Below the pieces are notes generated by a model that saw only the letters and a program-made list of their open reading frames with translations, did not search any database and was not told the DNA's origin. Of a DNA stretch of 64,000 nt, positions 56,778 through 64,000 are shown in pieces. A program made the position numbers and the translations under genes. Position 1 is the first letter of the stretch. The number at the start of each line of letters is the position of its first letter. Where the stretch lies: the NCBI GenBank assembly GCA_964417635.1, contig CAYQIY010000011.1:33741-97740 (forward strand), in the 5' to 3' direction. This DNA comes from an uncultured Pseudomonadota bacterium. GTDB taxonomy: Bacteria; Bacillota; Sulfobacillia; JAUYEF01.

Positions 56778-58687
56778 CGGGTGCGAAATTGGGAAACCGG
56801 TATGAACTGCTCGAACGAATCGGCGGAGGCGGGATGTCTCTTGTGTATAAGGCTCGAGATATGCTGCTAGATCGCACCGTTGCTGTCAAAGTGTTGCGTG
56901 CGGCGTACGCGAGCGATGAAGATGTCATAAGGAGGCTGCGCAGAGAGGCCCAGGCAGCTGCCAGCCTTTCACATCCGAACATAGTCGGCATGTACGACGT
57001 GGGCCAGGAAGGCGATGCGCATTACCTGGTGATGGAGTACATTGCCGGTCAGACTCTTAAGCAAAAGATCCAGCGTCTAGGTTCGCTTCCGGTGCAAGAC
57101 GCGCTTGTTATATCCGAGCAGATATGCGAAGCGCTGGAACATGCGCACGCTCACGGCGTTATACACAGGGATATCAAGCCGCATAACATAATGCTCACGC
57201 AGGGAGGCAAAGTGAAAGTTGCCGACTTTGGAATTGCGCGAGCTGCGGCGTCGTCTACGCTGACGCATTCCGGAACCATCATAGGCTCTGTTCACTATTT
57301 TTCGCCTGAGCAGGCGAGAGGTGCGTTTGCTGGCGAAAAGTCGGATATCTACTCGCTCGGCGTAGTGATGTACGAGATGCTTACGGGCAAAGTGCCCTTT
57401 GAAGGCGACAGTCCGATTACGATAGCTCTCAAACACGTTCAGGAAGAAGTGGTCGCGCCTCGCAGGTTAAAACCGGACATTCCGGCGGAAGTCGAGCGCG
57501 TTGTTATGACTGCACTTGCAAAGGAGCAGTCCAGGAGGTATCAGTCTGCGGCCGAGATGCTTGCCGATATACGCAAAGTGTCTGGGAAGAGCGATCTGAC
57601 AGAGGTTGATTCAGCGCTTAAGAATGAATATAAGGAAGGATCGAACAGGCCTGTGCGCAATTCTAAATCTGTGAGAGCCGCAAGACAGGAGAAAAAGCCC
57701 AGAACAGACAGTGCGGCGAGAAACGATAGACGAGATGCCAGGTCAGGCAGGAGGAAGAGACGATTCCCGTGGTTCATTCTGCTTGTGTTGCTTATGGCGG
57801 CTCTTGCCTGGGGAGGTTTGTCACTTCTGAGGGGTTGGCTCGAAGTTCCGACCGTAGCAGTGCCAGATGTGACAGGCAAGAGCCTCAGCGAGGCAAACAG
57901 AATGCTGCAGGAAGCAGGGCTTGTGGGCGCAGTAGTAGCAGAGAAGTACGACGAAAGCGTTGCGTCGAGTCACATCATAAGCCAACAACCCGAGCCTGGA
58001 GAGATGGTGCGCGCTGGAAGAACGATTAACCTTACCGTAAGCATGGGACAGGAGTTCACCGTTGTGCCCGAACTGGCAGATCTATCTGTGCGCGAAGCGA
58101 TGTTGCAGCTTAGCGCAGAAGGCCTAGAGCTCGGTAGCGTCAGAACCAGGAACCATCCGACGGTACCGGCGGACACGATCATATCGCAGAACCCGAGAGC
58201 GGGTACTCGTGTCGCAAAAGGTACGCAGGTTGACGTCGAAGTAAGCGCGGGCGCAGAGACGCTGACGGTCGTAGTACCGAACCTGGTGGGGGATACGCAA
58301 GGCGGTGCAGTCGGCAAACTTGAATCACTCAAGCTTGAGGCCGGCGCGATTTCACGTCGCGTCAGTAATATACCTGAAGGAATTGTGCTTGATCAAGATC
58401 CGACTCCTGGAACAGAACTCAAAGAGGGCTCAACTGTAGACCTCGTGGTCTCTGCAGGCCCTACACAGCAGACAAGACGCAGCAGCCTATCGTTCTTGGT
58501 GCCGTCGCACCAGCCGTCGTCATGGATACGCATAACTGTTACCGATTCTAGCGGCACCAACAAGGTGTACGAACAGCGACACAGTGCAGGAACCACTCTT
58601 GAACTGGAAATAGAGTGGATGGGCACAGAGGCAAAAGCGATGATCTACGTAGATAATGTGCCATACCGTGAGGAGGTATTGCGTTAG
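56774..58687 (+). CDS. prkC: Ser/Thr protein kinase PrkC (kinase + TM + PASTA repeats)
   Basis: 637 aa; GGGGMSLVYKA, HRDIKPHN, DFG-like ADFGIA kinase motifs; TM helix; three PASTA-like repeats. Confidence 0.95.
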   Translation: MTGAKLGNRYELLERIGGGGMSLVYKARDMLLDRTVAVKVLRAAYASDEDVIRRLRREAQAAASLSHPNIVGMYDVGQEGDAHYLVMEYIAGQTLKQKIQRLGSLPVQDALVISEQICEALEHAHAHGVIHRDIKPHNIMLTQGGKVKVADFGIARAAASSTLTHSGTIIGSVHYFSPEQARGAFAGEKSDIYSLGVVMYEMLTGKVPFEGDSPITIALKHVQEEVVAPRRLKPDIPAEVERVVMTALAKEQSRRYQSAAEMLADIRKVSGKSDLTEVDSALKNEYKEGSNRPVRNSKSVRAARQEKKPRTDSAARNDRRDARSGRRKRRFPWFILLVLLMAALAWGGLSLLRGWLEVPTVAVPDVTGKSLSEANRMLQEAGLVGAVVAEKYDESVASSHIISQQPEPGEMVRAGRTINLTVSMGQEFTVVPELADLSVREAMLQLSAEGLELGSVRTRNHPTVPADTIISQNPRAGTRVAKGTQVDVEVSAGAETLTVVVPNLVGDTQGGAVGKLESLKLEAGAISRRVSNIPEGIVLDQDPTPGTELKEGSTVDLVVSAGPTQQTRRSSLSFLVPSHQPSSWIRITVTDSSGTNKVYEQRHSAGTTLELEIEWMGTEAKAMIYVDNVPYREEVLR

Positions 58688-58693
58688 CGAACT

Positions 58694-59584
58694 TTGGATA
58701 AAACGGAGGAAATCTGCAGCGGAATAGTGGTTAAGGCAATGAGCAGCTTCTACCACGTACTGGTGGGTGACAGCCGACTCGTGGCCAGGCCAAGAGGGCG
58801 CTTCAAGATACGCTCGCAAGATGTGCTTGCGGGTGACAGAGTCACGGTGTGCATCGCCGAGGACGGAATGGGCTACATTGACAGCGTTGAGGAGAGGAGA
58901 AATTGCTTGGTCAGGCCGCCTGTTGCGAACATCGACCAGGCTTGTGTCGTTTTTACTTACCGCGATCCCCCGCTGGTACCTGAACTCATAGATCGTATAC
59001 TTGTTCACACCGGTGTGGTGGGAGTGTCACCGTTACTGGTGCTAAACAAGGCTGATCTGATGAGCGCAGAAGAAGTTGATACTGTGCTTGAGATGTACTC
59101 TCATTTGAGCTGTCCGTTGTTTGTCACAAGTGCAGTTGTGGGAACAGGCGTAGACGTACTGCGTGCACAACTTGCAGCAAAGACGTCGGTAATGGTCGGA
59201 CAGAGTGGGGTCGGCAAGTCCAGATTGCTGAATGCTCTCGTGCCGGGCGCAGGAAGAAGCACGCAAGAGGTAAGTAGAAAGGTGCGCAGAGGAAGACACA
59301 CGACACGCCACGTAGAACTTATCAGTATCAGTGATGGCTTCATAGCAGATACTCCAGGATTCAGCTTGCTCGAGCCCGTGAAGGTAAGTCCTTGGGAACT
59401 TTCGGCGTTCTTTGAGGAGATACACGCCGTCGAACACAGTTGCCGTTTCACGGATTGTCTACATAGAGACGAACCCGGTTGTGCAGTTAAGGATGCGGTC
59501 CGAGACGGTAGGATTCCTGTGTCTCGATATGAGAACTACCTTACGATGTTGAGCGAGGCAGAGACTGAAAGCAGGAGGTACTGA
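58694..59584 (+). CDS. rsgA: Ribosome small-subunit-dependent GTPase A (RsgA/CpgA)
   Basis: 296 aa; OB fold, GTPase motifs (VLNKADL, GQSGVGKS), C-terminal zinc finger (CRFTDCLHRDEPGC). Confidence 0.9.
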   Translation: MDKTEEICSGIVVKAMSSFYHVLVGDSRLVARPRGRFKIRSQDVLAGDRVTVCIAEDGMGYIDSVEERRNCLVRPPVANIDQACVVFTYRDPPLVPELIDRILVHTGVVGVSPLLVLNKADLMSAEEVDTVLEMYSHLSCPLFVTSAVVGTGVDVLRAQLAAKTSVMVGQSGVGKSRLLNALVPGAGRSTQEVSRKVRRGRHTTRHVELISISDGFIADTPGFSLLEPVKVSPWELSAFFEEIHAVEHSCRFTDCLHRDEPGCAVKDAVRDGRIPVSRYENYLTMLSEAETESRRY

Positions 59585-59585
59585 G

Positions 59586-60251
59586 ATGGCTAGGATATCC
59601 GCTTCAATACTGTCGGCCGATCTCGGAAGGCTGGCCGAGGAAGTCGCCAGAGTGGAATCTGCGGGTGTCGATCTGCTGCACTTAGATATCATGGACGGTC
59701 ACTTCGTGCCGAATCTGAGTTTCGGGCCCGCGTTGATGGGTTCTATACGACGTGTATCGTCTCTGCCAATGCACGCGCACCTGATGGTTAATGATCCCAC
59801 CTGGATGATAGATGAATGTGTGGCTCATGGGGCGCAATTTGTAACAGTGCACGCTGAGGCATGTGCACACCTGCACCGTACTCTATCAAGAATAAGAGAG
59901 AGTGGAATAAGTCCTGGAGTGGCTCTGAATCCCGCTACGCCTCTTACTAACATAGAATGGGTGTTGACCCTCGTTGATAACGTCACGCTAATGAGTGTGA
60001 ACCCAGGTTTTGGCGGTCAGAAGTTCATATCGTCGGTTCTGGCCAAAATCAGTGCGCTATGTGAGTTGGCGGCGAGGCTCAATCCTGCTCTGGATATAAT
60101 AGTCGACGGAGGAATCAACGATCTGACGGCCAGGGCAGTGGTTGAAGCAGGTGCGAGTACACTTGTCGTAGGGTCTTATCTGTTTGGGCAGAACACGTGC
60201 TCAAGGGTTCAGACTATAAGGCAGGCTATCCGGCATGAAGTAAGTTGTTAG
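59586..60251 (+). CDS. rpe: Ribulose-phosphate 3-epimerase
   Basis: 221 aa; LHLDIMDGHFVPN and MSVNPGFGGQKF motifs. Confidence 0.95.
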   Translation: MARISASILSADLGRLAEEVARVESAGVDLLHLDIMDGHFVPNLSFGPALMGSIRRVSSLPMHAHLMVNDPTWMIDECVAHGAQFVTVHAEACAHLHRTLSRIRESGISPGVALNPATPLTNIEWVLTLVDNVTLMSVNPGFGGQKFISSVLAKISALCELAARLNPALDIIVDGGINDLTARAVVEAGASTLVVGSYLFGQNTCSRVQTIRQAIRHEVSC

Positions 60252-60268
60252 CTACATGTTGAGTTGTG

Positions 60269-60297
60269 TTTACTGAGCGAGTATGCAGTGCTATAAT
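60269..60297 (+). promoter_or_regulatory. Candidate sigma-A promoter for the FMN riboswitch-ribU unit
   Basis: TTTACT - 17 nt - TGcTATAAT (extended -10) about 20-30 nt upstream of the riboswitch. Confidence 0.4.
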
Positions 60298-60317
60298 GAG
60301 TGATGCAAAAACACATA

Positions 60318-60515
60318 TGTGCAAACCTTCGGGGCTGGGTGAGAGGGCGTGCCCTCAATTCCCTACCGGCGGTGGGGCCAGGTCTGGCCGAGCCCGCGAC
60401 CCCCGTTAAGAACGGGGCTGATCCGGCGAAGAACCGGAGCCGACAGTATAGTCTGGATGGGAGAAGGTGTGTTTTGGTGTAGTTCCCCGGGGTTTCGCCC
60501 GGGTTTTTTGCTGCC
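60318..60515 (+). ncRNA. FMN riboswitch (RFN element) with terminator-type expression platform
   Basis: CTTCGGGGCTGGGTGAGAG..AATTCCCTACCGGCGGT..GCCCGCGACCC..GATCCGG..CCGGAGCCGACAGTATAGTCTGGATGGGAGAAGG matches conserved RFN blocks; followed by CCCGGGgtttcgCCCGGG hairpin + TTTTTT immediately upstream of ribU RBS. Confidence 0.8.
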
Positions 60516-60541
60516 CGGGACGAAAGAGGAGGAGTCAATTG

Positions 60542-61093
60542 GTGAAAGACAAGAGTGTTCAGATGGTGGTTCGTATCGGGTTTCTATCGGCTGTCGGGTT
60601 GGTGCTCACGTTCTTTGAGTTTCCCATTCTTCCGAGTGCTCCGTTTCTCAAGTACGACGCTTCAGAAGTGCCTGCGTTGATCGCCGCTTTCGGTATGGGG
60701 CCCTTGGCCGGTTTTCTGACGGTATTTCTTAAGAGCTTGCTTTTCCATTTCTCGGGCAAGAACATGACGGGCATAGTCGGTACGAGCGCAATGATAGTGG
60801 CGGGAACGGCGCTTGTGGTGCCGGCGGGAATAGTCTACGCAAGAATGAAGAACATTCGAGGCGCGGTGTTGGGTCTTCTCTCCGGCATAGTGGGAATAAC
60901 GGTTATAATGTTCTTTGCCAATCTGTATGTACTGCTCCCGCTTTGGGGAATACCGGAAGAGATTCGGGCGTCTCTCGTGAGAAGTGCGGTTGTGCCGTTT
61001 AACATTATCAAGGGGTTTACCAGCTCAATAGTCACCTTCCTGCTTTACAAGAGGGTCTCCTCGATAGTAAGGCTAGACAAGCCTATTGTCTAA
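60542..61093 (+). CDS. ribU: Riboflavin ECF-transporter substrate-specific (S) component RibU
   Basis: ORF 60467..61093; GTG start after AAAGAGGAGGAG; multi-TM protein aligning with B. subtilis RibU/YpaA (FEFPILP..., DASEVPALIAAFGMGPLAG); FMN riboswitch upstream. Confidence 0.8.
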   Translation: MKDKSVQMVVRIGFLSAVGLVLTFFEFPILPSAPFLKYDASEVPALIAAFGMGPLAGFLTVFLKSLLFHFSGKNMTGIVGTSAMIVAGTALVVPAGIVYARMKNIRGAVLGLLSGIVGITVIMFFANLYVLLPLWGIPEEIRASLVRSAVVPFNIIKGFTSSIVTFLLYKRVSSIVRLDKPIV

Positions 61094-61106
61094 GCAGCGG
61101 TTAGAA

Positions 61107-61142
61107 GCGGGCGCCACAGATATCAGGGTGCCCGTCTTTTTT
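61107..61142 (+). terminator. Terminator downstream of ribU
   Basis: GGGCGCC-loop-GGTGCCC hairpin followed by GTCTTTTTT. Confidence 0.5.
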
Positions 61143-61201
61143 CACGCCTTGGGGCGTCTCCCGAATACTATAAGATAGTGAGTGCTGGAGGCGGAGAGGC
61201 A

Positions 61202-61366
61202 GTGTTTAAGAGATCGAAGAACCGCACAATGCGATGTGCCGTAGGTCTCTTGCTCATGGCCGTGGGCGTGGTGCTGGTTTGGGCGGCGCCAGCTTGGCTG
61301 TTCAGATTCGTGTGTGGCGCTGGCCTAATTGGGCTGGGCTGGTCCATTCTAAGAAGGGATGGATGA
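61202..61366 (+). CDS. Hypothetical small membrane protein (~54 aa)
   Basis: ORF 61178..61366 trimmed to GTG after GGAGGCGGAGAGG; basic N-terminus (KRSKNR) then two hydrophobic segments; same frame and 3 nt upstream of spoVM. Confidence 0.4.
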   Translation: MFKRSKNRTMRCAVGLLLMAVGVVLVWAAPAWLFRFVCGAGLIGLGWSILRRDG

Positions 61367-61369
61367 TCG

Positions 61370-61465
61370 ATGTCGGTGAGGATCAAGGTGGTCAAAGTGC
61401 CGAGGCCTGTCGGAGCAGTGCTGAGGGCAATGCTTGGCATATTCGGCAGAAACTCCCGCTCTTAA
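61370..61465 (+). CDS. spoVM: Stage V sporulation protein M (SpoVM), ~31 aa micro-protein
   Basis: Not in ORF track (too short); translation MSVRIKVVKVPRPVGAVLRAMLGIFGRNSRS aligns with B. subtilis SpoVM MKFYTIKLPKFLGGIVRAMLGSFRKD (recalled); conserved position next to rpmB. Confidence 0.6.
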   Translation: MSVRIKVVKVPRPVGAVLRAMLGIFGRNSRS

Positions 61466-61472
61466 AGGGCGG

Positions 61473-61496
61473 AAACAGGGCACGAGTGCCCTGTTT
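61473..61496. terminator. Perfect inverted-repeat hairpin between convergent spoVM and rpmB
   Basis: AAACAGGGCAC-ga-GTGCCCTGTTT; flanked by A-run upstream and T-run downstream, could act bidirectionally. Confidence 0.4.
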
Positions 61497-61514
61497 CTAA
61501 GTATGGGACAGGCT

Positions 61515-61552
61515 TAGCAAAACACGAAGACTCTTCGAGCGTACGAAGAGTC
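61515..61552 (-). terminator. Terminator downstream of rpmB (minus strand)
   Basis: GACTCTTCG-agcgta-CGAAGAGTC hairpin; on the minus strand followed by TTCGTGTTTTGC. Confidence 0.45.
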
Positions 61553-61567
61553 CCGGGTACAGAAGTG

Positions 61568-61759
61568 TTATACTGCTCTTTCAACCTTTCCGGAACGCAA
61601 GCAGCTGGTGCACACATACATCCGAGCAGCACGGCCTTTAACAAGAACACGAACCTTTTGGATGTTGGGTGCCCAGATACGCTTTGTCTTAATGTTTGAA
61701 TGGCTTACGTGATGTCCGAAACCCACTTTCTTTCCGCATACCTCGCATATCTTTGCCAA
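61568..61759 (-). CDS. rpmB: 50S ribosomal protein L28
   Basis: ORF 61568..61918 (-) trimmed to TTG at Leu54 after AGGAGGTG; product MAKICEVCGKKVGFGHHVSHSNIKTKRIWAPNIQKVRVLVKGRAARMYVCTSCLRSGKVERAV. Confidence 0.9.
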   Translation of the reverse strand: MAKICEVCGKKVGFGHHVSHSNIKTKRIWAPNIQKVRVLVKGRAARMYVCTSCLRSGKVERAV

Positions 61760-61787
61760 AGGTCGCACCTCCTGCATAACGGGATTC

Positions 61788-61816
61788 ATTCTAACACAGA
61801 GCTTTTGGTATTGCAA
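61788..61816 (-). promoter_or_regulatory. Candidate sigma-A promoter for rpmB
   Basis: On the minus strand: TTGCAA - 17 nt - TAGAAT about 30 nt upstream of the rpmB RBS. Confidence 0.45.
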
Positions 61817-61961
61817 GGTGCACTGCCTAGTACGATAATGTAGACTTGTAGTGGAGCACGCGCGTTTGATGTTGACGGCACCGGTTGATGCTAAGAAGGA
61901 AAATCGGTGTGTGCGCAAAATACGTAAATACTTAGGGCCAAGTCAATGGAGGGTTTCTCAG

Positions 61962-62321
61962 ATGGACCGCGAGATTACCAACGAACTCGGACGTCTCAGC
62001 GTGTCTGAAGATGTCATCGCCACCATTGCAGGCGTGGCCGCAACCGAGTGCTACGGCATAGTCGGCATGTCGTCTCGAAGGATGGCGGACGGGATCGCGG
62101 AACTCTTGGGCCGGGAGAACTTGAGCCGCGGAGTAGAAGTTGCCGTTGAAGGGGATAAGGCGACGATCACCTTGAACGTGATAGTCGGATACGGTACCAG
62201 GATATCCGAAGTGGCAAGAAACGTAGTGGATAAGGTCAAGTACACAGTAGAGAACGCCACCGATCTGAAGGTGGCCAAAGTCAAAGTAAATGTTCAGGGC
62301 GTGAAGGTTGGTCCTAGATAG
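61962..62321 (+). CDS. Asp23/Gls24 family envelope stress protein (YloU-like)
   Basis: ORF 61851..62321; start at Met38 after GGAGGG; ..VIATIAGVAATECYGIVGM.. Asp23 signature. Confidence 0.85.
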   Translation: MDREITNELGRLSVSEDVIATIAGVAATECYGIVGMSSRRMADGIAELLGRENLSRGVEVAVEGDKATITLNVIVGYGTRISEVARNVVDKVKYTVENATDLKVAKVKVNVQGVKVGPR

Positions 62322-62333
62322 GGGAGGCCCGTA

Positions 62334-63974
62334 TTGAGCGGGGAGTGCATAACGGGAAATTTGTTTCGCAGAATGATCGCCGGTGCAACAGAGGTCTTAA
62401 AACAGAACAAGGCTACCGTGGACGCGCTAAACGTGTTTCCGGTGCCCGATGGGGACACCGGGACGAACATGTCGCTTACCATGCTGTCTGCTACTGCCGA
62501 GGCGCAGAAGTCAAGGTCTGAGAATCTGTCTGCGGTAGCCGAGCAAGTCGCACTCGGTTCACTGATGGGAGCTCGAGGCAACTCGGGCGTCATACTGAGC
62601 CAGCTTTTCCGAGGAATAGCGAAAGGGCTCTCGGGCCACGAAAAAGCATCAGCAGAGGTGCTTGCTGAGGCTTTTGAACAAGGCGTCGAGACAGCCTACA
62701 AGGCGGTTATGAAGCCGGTCGAGGGGACTATCCTAACGGTGGCGCGTGAAGCCTCTAGAGCTGCTAGGACTGCCGAGCAAATGGGGAAGGACGTCTACGC
62801 GGTGTGGGAGGCGGCATGTAGAGAGGCAGAGGCTGCACTCGCAAGGACGCCGGAACAGCTGCCAGTGCTTAAGCAGGCCAAAGTGGTTGATGCGGGTGGA
62901 AAAGGGTTGGTGTATATCCTAAAGGGCGCTCTTGACGTGTTACGCGACCAGAGCCCGGTAAAGAAGACCAATGTGGTGTTACGGCCCGTGGCGGAAGAGG
63001 CGACGATCACCGATGACATGGGAGAGATTGCTTACCCGTACGACACCCAACTTCTGGTTAAGGCTACTTCGGTAGACGTTGATAGTCTTCGCGAGCAGCT
63101 TGAGCCGCTGGGCGACTCGCTTCTTGTAGTGGGTTCTGAAGAAGTGGCCAGAGTGCACATCCACACCGAGCGACCGGACGAGGTCTTGCGCATCTGTCTT
63201 GCCCATGGATTTGTGTCACGTGTTACGGTGGACAACATGAGAGAGCAGTACCTAGAGATGAAAGAGGGCGCTTCGACAAGTCACGAGCAGCAGCCATCTC
63301 GAGATGACGCCGAAGAAAAGGAAGTTGGAGTCGTGGCCGTAGTGTCGGGACAAGGGCTCATTGAAGTGGTCAAGAGCTTGGGCGCCGACATGATAATAGA
63401 TGGTGGTCAGACGATGAATCCCAGCACTGAGGATGTTGTGACCGCTGTGAACTCGGTGAAGGCAAAGAGAGTCATATTCCTCCCGAACAACGGCAACATA
63501 TTTCTTGCGGCAAAACAGGCAAAGAGGATATGCGATAAGCGAATGTACGTAGTGCCCACAAGGACAATACCTCAGGGAATCTCTGCTCTGTTGGCCTTGC
63601 ATCTCGATGCTAACATGGAAACGAATCTCAAGCGGATGGCGAAGGCGGTCAAGCAGGTGAAGACGGGCGAGATTACGTTTGCGGTTAGAAAGAGCCAGTA
63701 CAATGGGTTTGCGATATCTGAAGGAGACGTACTTGGGCTCATCGACGGCGAGATAGCGTTGACCGGCAGTGATGCCTCATCGGTGTTGAATGATCTGCTG
63801 GATAAGATGGTTGATGAAGACGATGAGGTAATTACCGTGTTTTACGGCAACGGACTCGATGAAGAAAGCGTCTGGAATGCCACTTCTGATCTCTCTTCAC
63901 GCTTCCCCAACTGCGAGATAGAAATAAGAAACGGCGGCCAGCCACTTTACTATTACATTGTGTCCGTTGAGTGA
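62334..63974 (+). CDS. yloV: DAK2-domain fusion protein YloV
   Basis: 546 aa; N-terminal DhaL-like domain (LNVFPVPDGDTGTNM) and C-terminal YloV-type domain; follows asp23 as in B. subtilis. Confidence 0.9.
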   Translation: MSGECITGNLFRRMIAGATEVLKQNKATVDALNVFPVPDGDTGTNMSLTMLSATAEAQKSRSENLSAVAEQVALGSLMGARGNSGVILSQLFRGIAKGLSGHEKASAEVLAEAFEQGVETAYKAVMKPVEGTILTVAREASRAARTAEQMGKDVYAVWEAACREAEAALARTPEQLPVLKQAKVVDAGGKGLVYILKGALDVLRDQSPVKKTNVVLRPVAEEATITDDMGEIAYPYDTQLLVKATSVDVDSLREQLEPLGDSLLVVGSEEVARVHIHTERPDEVLRICLAHGFVSRVTVDNMREQYLEMKEGASTSHEQQPSRDDAEEKEVGVVAVVSGQGLIEVVKSLGADMIIDGGQTMNPSTEDVVTAVNSVKAKRVIFLPNNGNIFLAAKQAKRICDKRMYVVPTRTIPQGISALLALHLDANMETNLKRMAKAVKQVKTGEITFAVRKSQYNGFAISEGDVLGLIDGEIALTGSDASSVLNDLLDKMVDEDDEVITVFYGNGLDEESVWNATSDLSSRFPNCEIEIRNGGQPLYYYIVSVE

Positions 63975-64000
63975 TGGGTATGCGCAATGCGAGAGATACC

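Noticed and set aside
60300-60515. Initial impression of a TPP (thiamine) riboswitch upstream of the ECF S-component gene
   Set aside because: Sequence blocks (AATTCCCTACCGGCGGT, GATCCGG...CCGGAGCCGACAGTATAGTCTGGATGGGAGAAGG) match the FMN/RFN element, and the downstream transporter aligns with RibU rather than ThiT
61830-61961. Possible sigma-B type promoter (GTTTGA-N14-GTTGAT) upstream of asp23
   Set aside because: -10 element does not match GGG(A/T)A(A/T); no sigB operon seen in window; more likely a sigma-A promoter that I could not define confidently

Overview
This 64 kb window reads as a core chromosomal segment of a high-GC (roughly 55-60%, estimated by eye) endospore-forming Firmicutes-type bacterium; all calls are from manual reading of the ORF track and sequence, with no database searches. 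Gene order closely follows the Bacillus subtilis division / spoIIG / ylm / pyr / ylo neighbourhood: murB(3' end)-murA-ftsQ-DUF881-sbp-ftsA-ftsZ, spoIIGA-sigE-sigG-spoIIR, ylmC-pgeF-ylmE-ylmG-divIVA, lspA-rluD, a PyrR-attenuated pyrR-pyrB-pyrC-carA-carB-pyrK-pyrD-pyrF-pyrE operon, then yicC-remA-gmk-rpoZ-coaBC, priA-def-fmt-rsmB-rlmN-stp-prkC-rsgA-rpe, rpmB, asp23 and yloV. Inserted into this backbone is a [FeFe]-hydrogenase locus (about 29.1-37.4 kb): an XRE-cupin regulator, a fused NuoE/NuoF-like subunit, catalytic HydA, a small 2Fe-2S ferredoxin, a sensory HydS-type hydrogenase with a PAS domain, and a SpoIIE/PP2C phosphatase, preceded by a Rex-like operator. This is the most system-like candidate, though its components belong to known families. 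Other points worth a second look are an in-frame Def-Fmt fusion, an uncharacterised Cys-rich flavoprotein/FNR-like gene pair, an orphan HlyD-like adaptor where sepF is expected, an unlisted SpoVM micro-ORF, an actinobacterial-type mIHF homologue, and an FMN riboswitch-ribU unit. No rRNA, tRNA, CRISPR array or mobile element was seen. Coordinates of non-CDS features are approximate (a few nt), and several start codons are inferred from RBS position and homologue alignment.
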